A DNA stretch of 63,508 nt, filler included, from Octopus bimaculoides (lineage: Eukaryota): the NCBI RefSeq assembly GCF_001194135.2. It is 5 parts of 5 records of this genome, joined end to end, with 100 filler letters (N's around TTAATTAATTAA, not from the genome) between each part and the next. Parts side by side here need not be neighbours in the genome. Positions count along the whole stretch, not along the records: positions 1 to 31,742 come from NC_068989.1; 4 more parts are not named here. The stretch is one strand, 5' to 3'. Every line of letters begins with the position of its first letter. The stretch's first letter is position 1. The notes beneath the pieces are model-generated. The model ran no database searches. It had not been told where the DNA came from and was given only the letters and a program-made list of their open reading frames with translations. A program made the position numbers and the translations under genes. Positions 1 through 13,339 of the stretch are shown here, piece by piece.

Positions 1-800
1 TATATATATAGAAAAAATATAGAGACAAAAAATAATAGATAGGGAAACGTAGCACAACAGTTCATTCGCTGAGGTCAATAGCCAACAAAAGAAGTTCCAG
101 ATAAATAGTACGAAAGTTCAACTACCTCCCTCATGACAGCAAATTTAGTAGGTAAAATCCAATTTCATAAACAGGAATACCGAAGTGCACGGGACAAAAC
201 AACAACAGAACATCCAATGTGTGGCAAAGTAACATCCATATTTCACCATCCCGCAGGTAACATCAGTAAAGTCAAACCATAAACATCATTTACAGTGGAT
301 TACAATTATAGGTGGAATGCAAACACAGAACACCTATGGCCATTTCGGGGGTATATCACCGTATTTAGGGCACAGTAGAGCACTAATTAGTGATAACCCC
401 TTCTTCAAGGTAAAAAAGACACACAAACATCACTTTCTTTATTTGGCACTTAGGCCTTAACACAGAGGGGGACACTACAAGAACAGACAAAGCAATACAG
501 TACGTGGGGTACAAAGAATGAATGATGAATGAAATGGAATTACTTACAATGAGGTGATGAAATGGCTTACGAGTCCCCCAAAACTCGCAGTTTCATTTAA
601 CAGTTCTCTCATACAGTTAATAATCATGTTTTTTCTTTAGCAATTGTAAGTGGCCACAGCTCCTCTACCGTTACTACACTTGGCAGGGTGTCGTAGCCCA
701 CGTATAATCAACTTATTTGAAACTTGTCCGGGTGTATCTGTTGCAGTCTCTGCATCACATGTTCTTCCTAATCCTTTTATTTTTGCAATCGTCTTTTCCA
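1..800 (-). mobile_element. Probable Penelope-like element 3' end/pLTR relic
   Basis: Non-microsatellite block with a minus-strand hammerhead-like fold at 332-411. Upstream degenerate coding-like text (KEKNMIINCMRELLNE) resembles the ExxxI...LN end of PLE GIY-YIG ORFs. Classification is inferred. Confidence 0.35.
332..411 (-). ncRNA. Type-I hammerhead ribozyme-like fold with long stem II
   Basis: Minus strand reads ACC-UUGAAGA-A-GGGG.UAUCAC...GUGAUA..CCCC-GAA-AUGGCCAU-A-GGU. Stem I is ACC/GGU, stem III is the palindrome AUGGCCAU and the cleavage triplet is AUA. The core has U instead of C3. Confidence 0.55.
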
Positions 801-1405
801 ATTCTAAATCCTTATGGTAAATAATCAGTTTTCATATTTTTAAAATCAACTCTTCCAATTACCTTTCCTTCCATCCTTGCTCTTGTCTGCTCGTCTGTTA
901 TCTTGTTCGACCATTTCCTCCTCTTTTCCTTTCTTTTCACTTTTTCGTGCTCTGTATCTTGGGTTCGGTTCTCAGCCTCGTATATACATATATAAACATA
1001 TATACATCCATATAGATCCATATATGAAAATTAACATATTAATGTCCATGTATATAGATAGACAGATGGATGGATAGATAGATAGATATGTGTGTGTGTG
1101 TGTGTGCGCGTGTGGTGTCTGTGTGCGCAAAACCCAGGCCTGACACATGAAATGTCTTTAAAATCACATTATATATTAGTGCGTGTGCGTCTTTATGTGA
1201 GTGTGTGCATGTATACGTATATGTTCTTTATTAATACAATAAATATGTGTGCGTGTGTGTATACAGAGAGAGAGGGAGACAAGTTATAGACAGATGTTTC
1301 TATCACGTTTTGTATTTTATCATATGCATATGTGTGTGAACATATACGTATATACACACATATATATTCATACACACACACACACATATATACACACAAA
1401 CATAA

Positions 1406-1476
<71 letters not shown>

Positions 1477-1577
1477 TATATATATATACATATATATGCA
1501 CATACATGCATGTATATATGTACACATTCATCTGTGCATTTACGTGTGTATGTTCGAATGTATACCTGTGCATGTAA

Positions 1578-1624
<47 letters not shown>

Positions 1625-2673
1625 ATCATGTATTAATATATTCATTTGTGTGTTTGTATGAAGTATGTGTGTGTAGATATGTATATATACATACACACAT
1701 ACATACACACATGCATATACACATATACATACATAATGCATACATACATATAAACATAATAATACATACATGCATACATATACACATACATACATGCATA
1801 CATACATGCATGCATACACACGCACTATTGCGACAAAACCCAAACTGCAATAATGGAATATCTTACAAATGAAAAGAAAAATATGTTTGATGTTTTCAAA
1901 TAAAATTGAAAGTGTCGTTTGAAAATTAGACTTTCTTGATATAATTTGATTAATGCGATCACTAATGTTTTATTTTTGAAATTTCAACAAATGTTATATA
2001 TTAAAAAAAAAAAAAATCTTTCCGTTCAATTTGATTAATTTTTAGTTGTTAAACTAAAAATTAATCTGTACAGATCTGTCTGATATTCTTCTTATTAAGG
2101 TTTATCCATCTTCTTTAAATTACATTTATGTTACCGCTGCTTTTTTCTTACTCCCGGGCCAGTTCTGTTGGAGAAAACTTACGAGAACATTCGTTGCAAA
2201 GATGTTCATCTTTCATTAACAATTTTTTAAACTTAGTATCGGGAGCTCCTCTTCCTCATATAAAGCTATGTAGTATTATTTTAGGGAGATTTAATCGAAG
2301 AACAGTCACGCTTCACGTTGCCTTTTGAATGACAATTTTGAAGTGATAACGTCCTCTTTCTAAGTAAACATCTGTTCCTTTGGGAGAAACATATTTTCGC
2401 TTCGTGATGTAGGTCATTGGTTCGGGACATACACTTCGATACATATACACATACACATACACATATATTAAACAACGTGACACATGCAGAATAGAATAAA
2501 ATATATCTTATGCTCCGTAATATTTAACACGTCCATGTATATTTGAACGTTGGGAGAGCTTTCGCTGCGAAATAGTTTGGGAAGAAATTTCTCCTCATAG
2601 ACAATACGTGTAAAATCACTATTTCCACAGTGAAAGATCTCTGCGCATTCAAGTGAATATGAACATGTTACAC

Positions 2674-2731
<58 letters not shown>

Positions 2732-2820
2732 ACACACACACAAAGGCACATACACATACACTTGTATGTATATATATGTATATATACATATATATATATA
2801 TANNNNNNNNNNNNNNNNNN

Positions 2821-2863
<43 letters not shown>

Positions 2864-4484
2864 GATTAGTTAGAATATTTTGTATTGCTCACTGTTTAGT
2901 AGTCAAACTATTAAGCTTTAAAATGTGAAGTAGAAGCGAGAAGAAATGGTTTAGGTACAGGCTTTCGGAAAAAGCCCTACGTTGTTCGTTCGATCCGTTA
3001 GAAATAGCTAAAAATTTTTTTCGAATCGTGCAACTACTTCTTTAGGGAGACGAAGTAATCATTAAATTATGAACGAAGATGCTTCTAATATGAAGTTATT
3101 TACGCCTGGAATAACTGCACGATAAGGAATGATCTACGGCTAAATAAGAATACCTGAGTGAAGGGGAATAACGACTGAATGCTAGAGATAAAAAAGGTTC
3201 CTAAAAGTGGTCTAGAACAGAGAATGTACCAAATATAACAAAATCCAGATTTGCGGTCGGTCTAATATGTACAATTAACAATTATCAAAATACTGGAATA
3301 TTATCCGTCATACGACAGGCAATGTAGCGATTTTCTATTGTTCCACTTCGAATAATATCGGGTATTGTTACATTAGTAAAATAATAATTATTTTATTTTA
3401 TTTAAATTTCATGATGAATAGCTACTAATGATATGAAAACTAATTTTCAAAATGAAAATATTTATTATAGCAAGGAAAAATTAAAACAAATTTCTTATTT
3501 GCATATTTGCAGTCAATATATTATGAATAACAATAATACTGTTTTACTATCATTGCCTAATACTACCAGCAGAGGCAAAAGTATATTGTTAACATTCTCG
3601 TTCATTTTACAATTAAGACTGCATTTATTGTACCGGAGTCAAGAAGGATTCATGAAATAAAACCATCATTATCTCCCGTTAGGGGAAGACTCAACAAAAA
3701 TAGATGGGGCACGCGATGTCAATTAAATAAAAGAATTGCTGAGACAGAGCAATTACTTTGCATAATGTAAATAGATACGTTTTGGAGTAAATTAAGATAT
3801 ATTTTCACATCTCTTACATCTGTTCTGGCTGCTTAACTGCAAGTGGTCCCTGATCGAGTTTGTCATTAGAAGAAGGTTTCTTGTTCTATTCCAAGTCTTT
3901 TGTATACATAAGATTACACTGCAGAATGCATGCTGTCCTTGTTAAAGTGGAAAAGAAATAGCTTGTAGTAAATTTGTTTTCAATTTATGGTAACTCTAGT
4001 GACCCGAATAAATGTTCCTTCGTTAAATCTTAGGATATTTCTGTCAAGATTGCTCAGTGAGTAGAGCTTCAGACTTTTGGCGGATTGTTACTGCAAATAA
4101 TGTGCGAGTCACTGTTCAAGTTACTCTAATGTTTAGGATTAAAATAAAACAATTCAGACTGGAAGACTTGAAGACATTTGAAACAACTGTTTGTAGAGTT
4201 ACACCAATCAAGTTTTGCCTCACAAATTATCTGATCATAAAAATATTTTTTTTTGTACAAATGTTATTAAGAGATGTAATTTTCTCTTAGATTTCTTTGG
4301 GGCAGTAACGGTGTGTTTGGTTTTTATTTCTAGAAGAACGAGTGACCACTTACCTATCAAACACAGATCAAACGCGTTTCTAATTATATACTTATTCAAA
4401 ATGAGAATATATCCACATAAGAATGTCACTTCCCAATTATTCTTCAAAAGTAGCCATAATTTAATTACTTACCTATCTACTCCC

Positions 4485-4556
<72 letters not shown>

Positions 4557-4744
4557 GACATACGCACTCACCCATACACACAAGAATACACACACATACA
4601 CACAGATATATATACACACGTACATGGTGATGCAAACAGTAAAAATAGAACTCAAAAATATGAATATATGTATATTTATATGCATATTTTAGTAATATTT
4701 AGCAAAAGGAACAGAGTAACTCAAGGTCCGAGAGTTTCCAGCAT

Positions 4745-5161
4745 ATATATACGTCACTGACGTGACTGAGGGTATTAGCCAGCGCTAGTATTGCAAGAAA
4801 TAAGAGTTAAAACAACTCGTAGACACAAGAAGCCTCTTATCTTGATGACTGACAAGATGCAAACTCTCTCAGCGCCCAGAAATAGCCATAGCACAGTAAT
4901 TTTGCATTTATATTAATGCTCTTCAGTGCCTTTGGTTAAACTCAGCTCGCCTAGTCAGTTTATACAATTATCCCAGAAATGATACGCTGATTTTCTAAAC
5001 GGTAAAATTGAAAATTATAAATAATTTTACAACCCAAAGGCAGAAATATATACGCCACTAAAGTATATATATAGACAGCATCAGTATTGCTAGAAATAAG
5101 AGTTAAAACAACTCATAACCACAAGAAGCACCTATCTTAATGACTGACAAGGAAGGCAAAC
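4745..5161. repeat. Diverged direct repeat, period 296 bp
   Basis: gaaataagagttaaaacaactc is identical at 4797 and 5093, with similarity extending over about 115 bp. The second copy runs into an N gap. Confidence 0.8.
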
Positions 5162-5879
5162 AAGCCACCCTTATATATANNNNNNNNNNNNNNNNNNNNN
5201 NNNNNNNNNNNNNNNNNNNNNNNNNNNNNNNNNNNNNNNNNNNNNNNNNNNNNNNNNNNNNNNNNNNNNNNNNNNNNNNNNNNNNNNNNNNNNNNNNNNN
5301 NNNNNNNNNNNNNNNNNNNNNNNNNNNNNNNNNNNNNNNNNNNNNNNNNNNNNNNNNNNNNNNNNNNNNNNNNNNNNNNNNNNNNNNNNNNNNNNNNNNN
5401 NNNNNNNNNNNNNNNNNNNNNNNNNNNNNNNNNNNNNNNNNNNNNNNNNNNNNNNNNNNNNNNNNNNNNNNNNNNNNNNNNNNNNNNNNNNNNNNNNNNN
5501 NNNNNNNNNNNNNNNNNNNNNNNNNNNNNNNNNNNNNNNNNNNNNNNNNNNNNNNNNNNNNNNNNNNNNNNNNNNNNNNNNNNNNNNNNNNNNNNNNNNN
5601 NNNNNNNNNNNNNNNNNNNNNNNNNNNNNNNNNNNNNNNNNNNNNNNNNNNNNNNNNNNNNNNNNNNNNNNNNNNNNNNNNNNNNNNNNNNNNNNNNNNN
5701 NNNNNNNNNNNNNNNNNNNNNNNNNNNNNNNNNNNNNNNNNNNNNNNNNNNNNNNNNNNNNNNNNNNNNNNNNNNNNNNNNNNNNNNNNNNNNNNNNNNN
5801 NNNNNNNNNNNNNNNNNNNNNNNNNNNNNNNNNNNNNNNNNNNNNNNNNNNNNNNNNNNNNNNNNNNNNNNNNNNNNNN

Positions 5880-6031
5880 AATCGACCCCAGGATTTATTC
5901 TTTGCAAGCCTAGTACTTATTCTATCGGGCTCTTTTTGCCGAACCGCTAAGTTACGGGGACGTAAACACACCAGCATCAGTTGTCAAGTGATGCTAGTGG
6001 GACAAACACAGACACACAAATACACACACAG

Positions 6032-6068
<37 letters not shown>

Positions 6069-6243
6069 CATATACATATATATACGACGGGCTTCTTTTA
6101 GTTTCCGTCTACCAAATCCACTCACAAGGCTTTGGTCGGCCCGAGGTTATAGTAGAAGACACTCGCCCAAGGTGCCACGCAATGGGACTGAACCAAGAAC
6201 CATGTAGTTGGTAGGCAAGTTACTTACGACACAGCTACTCCTG
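5880..6243 (-). mobile_element. tRNA-derived CORE-like SINE (type A) with internal microsatellite
   Basis: tRNA-like head, CORE-like ACCTTGGGCAAGTG segment, internal (TA)/(TG) tract and shared 3' body. Many other copies occur in the window. Confidence 0.9.
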
Positions 6244-6577
6244 TGACTATAAAATATGTTCCCCAGGTGTTTATAATTAAGTAAGGATAGATATTCACGG
6301 TGTTTTGAAAGAAACATTATTATTTTTTTTTAGCAGTTGCAGTTGAGGAATAATTCTATAAATTTGATCCTGCAGTTATTGGCATTATTGTAAAGGTTTC
6401 CTGACAATACGGCTTTTAAAATTAAATAACAAAAATACTATAAGTAAAATGATCACAAAGACACTATTTATTAAATTTTGGTTTAGATTCAACATAAATT
6501 GAATTTATTTAAAAAAATAAGATAATTTTCAAAAATATCAAGAATTACGTAGGAATTCCATTTATTATATCTATCTA

Positions 6578-6610
<33 letters not shown>

Positions 6611-7404
6611 CTATCTAGCAAACTGTCTGTCTGTCTCTCTCTGTCTCTCTGTCTGTCTCTCTCTGTCTCTCTCTCTGTCTCTCTCTCTGTCTCTCTCTGT
6701 CTCTCTCTCTGTCTCTCTCTCTCTCTGTCTCTCCCTATATACATATACATATATCTGTTTACACACACACACATTTATGTATACGTGGGTGTATATCTGA
6801 GTTTGGGTGTGTGTATCTGTGCTTATATATGTGAAAATTTTATCAGTATTTGAAAAGCTGAAAATATGTTTGTAAACTGAGAAAGCATACTGCGGCTATT
6901 GTCAAGCTGTTTCGCAATTATAACTGGAGAATCTTGTTAATTTCGAATGGTGTTAAAGAAAAAAAAAAACCCTTTAGCTCAGAACATCTTAAGAAAAAGA
7001 AACTAGTTTTTGGTTACTAAGGAATGGAGAAGGAAGAAACAAGATTCCTTTACTTCATATATTTCTTAGAGGGATATCAAAAGAATTAGATTGATATTCT
7101 GTACAGTAGGTTTTCAAACAATGAGACGTTTTCGATGCATATCATTTAATATATCGAATAGATTTTTTTTACCCTGTTGTGCTCAGTCAAATCTGATATA
7201 TTTATAATTACATTGGACAATATCCAGATGCATCGGAGACAAAACTAATCGATTTTTATGAATTTGGGGTTGTTGATTACAAAAACATATTCATTTTTCA
7301 AGTTTATCTAAAGTTTTGACCTTAAAGGATTATAGAAATTTTAAGTTTTTTTCATCAAAGATACGCCTAAGTGATTCTTCAGTAACGTGAGGTACAGACA
7401 TATC

Positions 7405-7525
7405 TGCGTGTTCGAGTTCAGTCCCAAAGAAGCCCCTGGATCGATTCATTCGAAAAAAAAAATCATCAAGCGGTGCACTAGTATGGCCATGATCTAATGA
7501 CTGAAACAAGTAGGAAATAAAAGAT
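7405..7525 (+). mobile_element. Type A SINE remnant (internally deleted)
   Basis: gagttcagtccc head fragment joined to the 3' tail ...gactgaaacaagta. Confidence 0.6.
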
Positions 7526-7650
7526 AATATACATACATAAATTCATACATACATGCATGCATTAATGCATACATGCACACACACACACATACATACATAC
7601 ATACATACATACATACATACATACATACAAACACATATATACACAAAGTA

Positions 7651-9195
7651 CAGTGCAAAAGTCTTCGACCACTTTAAACTATTGTGAATTTTTACTAATT
7701 GCCAACTAATGAGTGGATGTTTCACATTGCATTTTTTACAGATGAAACGTTGGCCCCGTTGGAGTCATTTCTATACCTAATCATTATATTTTGTGGTAGG
7801 GGTTCTGAATAAGAGGGAAAGATGCGAGACGATCGCCAAAATTGACCTTGTAAAAGTTTTCGGCTACCTCACGTAAACCAATCAAGTTATAGTGCTTCAA
7901 AACAGAAAGATGTCTTTAATGAAAATTTATTACATAATGTTTGTTTCAAGAAGTTACTGTACATTGTTAATATTACGTGTGGCTTGCCTTAGCCTGAATA
8001 ATTGCTTCAAAGCAGCTGGGAAGAGATGCACAAAAATTCATTTTCTACAATGCGCTTCCATCTATCTGGTAGACTTGCAAGGCCCCTCTTCCAAAATTTA
8101 CTTGTCTGTGACGTAAAACACTCCTCCGGTACTCTTTTGACCTCGTCTACAGAATTCATATCTTTTCCCTCCAAATGATTTTGAAGACTGCGGAATAAAT
8201 TACAATCAGATGGGGCAATGTCCGGCGAGTATGGTGGCTGGGGCATCGTTTCCCATTCAAACTGCTCCAGCCTTTGGAATGTTATCCTTGCTGTATGAGG
8301 CCGACCGTTATCCTGATGGAATAACACCTTTCGTCTTGAAACTAAAGACGGTCGTTTTACTTCTAGCACTGACTTGAATGATTGATTGAATGACCAAATC
8401 AAAGCTTCTCTGCTAAGTTCCTCAACAGTTACGATGGGATTTTGTTTCACCAGGGTTTGCTGGACGTCCTCAGCGAGTTCTACATGTCTTCCAGGATGAA
8501 GTTCGTCTTCTGGGCTGTAGTTGTCGGCTCAGAATTTCTGGAACTACTGTTGACACTAGCTTACGCTTATTGTCCGATCCCCACATACTGCATTAATAGT
8601 CCTCAAGCTTTCCGTCACGTGTTGCCTTTATTGAACTCATAGAGCAAAATATGCCGAATATGCTTCTTTGTTATTTCCATTATAGCTTTGATAAAGTAAC
8701 TGTTAAAATCGAACTGCACTTTTCAAATCTTGCACTAAGAATGAGTACAAGGTAAAATGACTACCTGCTTTTATAGGAAGTTGATGCAAGTAGTTTATCC
8801 CGTCCCCCTCCGACTTTTAGTTCATGCAATTGAAAAAACTGTATTATTTATGGGATGACTCAATATTTAAGTCAGGGGTCAGGGCTGACCAATCTTTCAA
8901 TACGGTAACACCTTCTTCAGCCAGACCTTGTTGTGTTACACTTCTCTGTGGCATGGAGCTCCGACATGCTGCAAAAATCTCACCTTGATCAAATTCTGGT
9001 ATGAAATTATCCTTCAAGGACTGGATGCATTTGACACTATTCAAGTTACCGTCGATTTTAATCAACTTCCTTGAACAGTCACTTTTTATGTACCCCCAAA
9101 GTATCAGACTCTTACCTCCAAACTTCACTGTTTTCATCGCGTAAAGTGGGTCGTTTCGCTTTCTAATAAACAAAAATTTGCCAGAAGGCCTCCAG
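7651..9195 (-). mobile_element. Tc1-family transposon 3' half (left arm), interrupted by a mariner
   Basis: TA-CAGTGCAAAAGTCTTCGACC terminus at 7649-7670. Minus ORF 8844-9212 has KTVKFGGKSLILWG...IDGNLNS...VLKDWSALTPDLN. The transposase 3' end resumes below about 8037. Confidence 0.85.
8038..8865 (-). mobile_element. Internally deleted mariner (DD34D) nested in the Tc1
   Basis: ATG at 8680 gives MEITKKHIRHILLYEFNKGN (mariner HTH), fused to HQDNGRPH...PPYSPDIAPSD (34 residues between the two Asp). The 5' TIR TATTGAGTCATCCCATAAATAA sits at a TA in the Tc1. The 3' TIR is missing. Confidence 0.92.
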
Positions 9196-9680
9196 GAAAG
9201 CGAAACGATCAACGTTACACGACAAGAACAGCGAAGTTTAGGGGATAAGAATCAGGACACATAAAAAGTTGGTTAAAATGACGGTAACCTGAATAGTACT
9301 AAATACATCCAGTCGAGTAGAACAATTTGATACCAGACTTCGATGAAGGTGAGATTTTTCAGCATGACGGAGCTCTATGCCACAGATCGCGTGCAACACA
9401 ACAGAGTCTGGCTGATGAAGGAGTTACAGTATTGAAAGATTGGCCTTCTCATAGCCCTGACTTAAATAGCATCGAGTAAATGTGGACAGAACTAGAGAGA
9501 AGAGTTCGTCAGAAGAATCCACGCAATCTTGAAGAGTTGAGGGAGTTCATCCACAGAAAATGGCCTTTCACACTTGTGAAGATGGTAAACGATTTGTACG
9601 TATCTCTTCCCGGGCGCATTGGAGCAATTATTCAAGATAAGGGAAACCACACAGGAAATATTAACAATGTTCAGTAAATA
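9196..9680 (+). mobile_element. Tc1-family transposon 3' half (right arm, inverted relative to left arm), DD35E spacing
   Basis: 9360-9476 translates QHDGALCHRSRATQQSLADEGVTVLKDWPSHSPDLNSIE (35 residues between D and E), then WTELERRVRQKNPRNLEELREFI. Confidence 0.9.
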
Positions 9681-9713
9681 AACAAATAAATATATATATA
9701 TATATGTGTGTGT

Positions 9714-10090
9714 GCGCAATGGCCCAGTGGTTAGGGCAGCGGACTCGCGGTCGTAGGATCGCGGTTTCGGATTCCTACACCGAGCGTTGTGAGTGTTTAT
9801 TGAGCGAAAACACCTAAAAGCTCCACGTGGCTCTGGCAGGAGGTAATGGCGAATTCTGCTGTACTCTTTCACCACAACTATCTTTCACTCTTTTTCCCTG
9901 TTTCTGTTGTACCTGTAATTCAAAGGGCCACACTTGTCACACTCTGTGTCACGCTCAATCTCCCCGAGAACTACGTTAAGGATACACATGTCTGTGGAGT
10001 GCTCAGCCACTTGCACGTTAGTTTCACGAGCAAGCTGTTCCGTTGATCGGAACAACTGGAACCCTTGTCGTCGTAACCGACGGAGCGTCA
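9714..10090 (+). mobile_element. tRNA-derived SINE (type C), near full length
   Basis: A box tggcccagtggttagg and B-box-like ggtttcggattcc, followed by a 300-bp body, inserted after a (TA)(TG) tract. Only one copy is clearly present here. Confidence 0.75.
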
Positions 10091-10164
10091 CGATATATAT
10101 ATGATATTATATGTGTACGATTGCGTCTCTTAAATGTCATATGATCAGAGCCATTAATTCTAAT

Positions 10165-10295
10165 ATTCTGCGAAAATACACCTGGCCATGGGAAGATATT
10201 CCCGTCGTCAGGTGAGGGCTGTAGAAAATCTGCCTCAGAAATCTAATTCGAAAACACGCAAACTTAGAAACGTGGAGGTTAAACGGATGATGCCG
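10165..10295 (+). mobile_element. RTE-tail SINE/LINE 3' fragment (type D)
   Basis: gctgtagaaaatctgcctca...gttaaacggatgatg matches the minus-strand copy at 35096-35345. Confidence 0.55.
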
Positions 10296-11119
10296 AACCT
10301 GAATGCTGTGACGGGCGATGAATAGCAAGAGATATATAAAAGTTTCCTATTATGCTTGAAGTTAACCTGGATTAAGTAGCTCTGCCTGCTATCAAGGACA
10401 CTCAAGCTGAGATAAACTGTATCCTTTTTATATATAAGATGATTTGGACTTAGTTTAGAATAAACCTAGCTTCTATTTCTATGATCTCAAGCGAAGTTAT
10501 TCCGTGGTTTGCCACAACGGATATGTCTTGACGCTGTTGATAGAACAGACCCATCATCAAAATGTATTCAATCCCTGATTATATGTCCCAATCTCCATAA
10601 CTCATCATCTTTCTTAAGACAAATAAGGGTGATTTTTACCAAGACAAGCGTTCACGTAGATATATCTACACTGGCTCATATACAACGAGTATGATTTACA
10701 ATAGATATTTTCCAACGAAATTTAGTTTTATATGACCGCTGTTCGAAGTTTTCGTATATTTAAAATATCACTCTGCTTACGTTTTCCTTAGTATCATTTT
10801 TAATCCATGTTTTAATCTATTTATTAGAAATTTGTTCTACTGAAGGATATGGAATTATATGTAAAAGAAGGTCGATAATAATTCTTAGCTGAAAAACAAG
10901 AATCAATAATATATTCCCAGATGATCAATTATGTATAGTGTTGAACATTTTGTCTCGAGAATAAATTACGATTTTTTTTGTGGCAACTTTATTTACAGAA
11001 AAGGTTTAAATGAATATATATATATGTATGTATGTATGTGTGTATATGTGTTGTGCTTGTGTGTCTGTCTGTGTATATATATATCTAGATATATGTATGT
11101 AAACATACATTTGTATTCT

Positions 11120-11175
<56 letters not shown>

Positions 11176-12043
11176 TCATATACATATATGAATATATATA
11201 TATATATATATACACATATTCATATACACACATATACATATGTATAGATACACATATGTATGTATGTATGCATCTGTAAATATGCATTTGTATATATATG
11301 TACACACACACACACACACATGTATTTATGTTATGTATGTATGTATAAATATATATGGGGAGTTGTCAGAGTTGTCAGAGTTGTCAGTTAAAAGAATATT
11401 CAAGTTATAGTGTTTCAAAATACCAAGCGGTTGTATCTATAGTTTGATTTAAATTTAGCTGCTAGGTGTGTAATAAGTATTGAAACAATCCAATAAAGCA
11501 AGGATGCCGTTAAAGACATTCAATCACTACCATTCATACAGAAATGTTTCCTTGGAAACTAGCTATCCATCGAAGCCAAATCAATGATGGTTTTCATTTT
11601 GGAAGAAATGTCCTTCGCATACAACCGACATTATTGGATAAAACTGCCTTTCCTAGAATCACAAACTGCGTGTAAATATACTGTTACAATGGCTGAACTT
11701 GTTTGACGGAAACCCTATTATAATCTGTGTACACACAGACAAAACACAGGAATATATATNNNNNNNNNNNNNNNNNNNNNNNNNNNNNNNNNNNNNNNNN
11801 NNNNNNNNNNNNNNNNNNNNNNNNNNNNNNNNNNNNNNNNNNNNNNNNNNNNNNNNNNNNNNNNNNNNNNNNNNNNNNNNNNNNNNNNNNNNNNNNNNNN
11901 NNNNNNNNNNNNNNNNNNNNNNNNNNNNNNNNNNNNNNNNNNNNNNNNNNNNNNNNNNNNNNNNNNNNNNNNNNNNNNNNNNNNNNNNNNNNNNNNNNNN
12001 NNNNNNNNNNNNNNNNNNNNNNNNNNNNNNNNNNNNNNNNNNT

Positions 12044-12087
<44 letters not shown>

Positions 12088-12623
12088 GACAAGTTAGATA
12101 CATAAACGTACATCGTTACATACATACATAGAGACATACTGACACATATTCATACACATACCATACGCAATTGTGTATTTAGATATCTATTTTCTGCTTC
12201 TCTGTACACACTTCCATGTAGACAAACAGAGATACATAAAGAAATGCACACATATGCTGGTATATATATTAATGCACATACATACACATACATTGATTGT
12301 CACACTAGCATCTCTTCCGTTTCATTGATCATTATATCCATCCATTCATATATGCTTAGATTCATACATATGTACATGCATACTCACACACATATATAAA
12401 CATATATATGTGCAAATACACATATATATATACGTTTATATGTGGATGTATGTATCCAGCTATATTTTTGTGAATGCATCTCTCTCTTACTCTTTCTATT
12501 TCCCTCTCTCTTTCTCTGTCTCTCTCTCTCTCTATATATATATGCATACATTCATCCATATATATATTTATATATATATTTGTGTGTGTGTGTGTGTTTG
12601 TGTATATACGTATCTCCTGAAAA

Positions 12624-12691
<68 letters not shown>

Positions 12692-12719
12692 TATATATAT
12701 ATATAGATATATGAACCTA

Positions 12720-12920
12720 TGCGTGGGTGAATGGTTGAGATATTCGCTCCCCAATAACGTGTTCAAATATACGACACCAGTGCTTGAAAGTTTGGGAAAA
12801 TGTCTTTTGCATGGCCTTGGGTTAAATGGAAACCTTGTGAATGAAATTATGTGTATAAGAACACCTTACACGTTAATTTAGTAACCAGCTCGTCAGATGA
12901 TCAAACTACTGAATCCCCAT
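12720..12920 (+). mobile_element. Old, degraded tRNA-derived SINE
   Basis: A-box-like gtgaatggttgag, ttgggaaaatgtctttt CORE-like segment and ccttgtgaatgaaatt, all shared with type A. Confidence 0.45.
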
Positions 12921-13179
12921 TACCACACGTCGGAGATATAACACACACGCATGTACACACATACACACACACATGTATTCGCGCACAGTGAACATACAAC
13001 ATACAAAAATGGAAAAAAAAAACATGAAATATCATAGACCAAATTCACAATGAAATTATTAGTTTGAAGCTGAGAGAAACAGAAAGAGTTAACTGTTTCG
13101 ACGTTTCAAATATTACCCTTCTTTGAATTTGGATGTAGAATGGAAACAGAAGAGGAAATATGAAGGAAACTCGGATAGT

Positions 13180-13254
<75 letters not shown>

Positions 13255-13339
13255 TTTTAAGATAGATGTTTTGAAAGAAAGGCATAATGCTGCTCCGGAA
13301 TTTCCTTTACCATAAATTAGCCTTCTATAGAGACTTGGA

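Noticed and set aside
1092-1872. Overlapping 65-207 aa ORFs rich in YI/HT/CV repeats (and many similar entries in the track)
   Set aside because: Translations of (TA)n, (CA)n and (CATA)n microsatellites.
5137-5977. Long ORFs of more than 250 aa here and at 27318-28194, 32416-33198 and 45664-46664
   Set aside because: They are read through N gaps.
9714-9780. tRNA gene
   Set aside because: It is a SINE head: no acceptor-stem closure, and it continues into a SINE body.
11682-11724. Minus-strand 43-nt exon-like piece IIIGFPSNKFSHCN resembling the glutathione peroxidase motif LGFPCNQFG
   Set aside because: Only about 12 residues, the Cys and Gln are absent, the donor is weak, and no other GPx exon was found.
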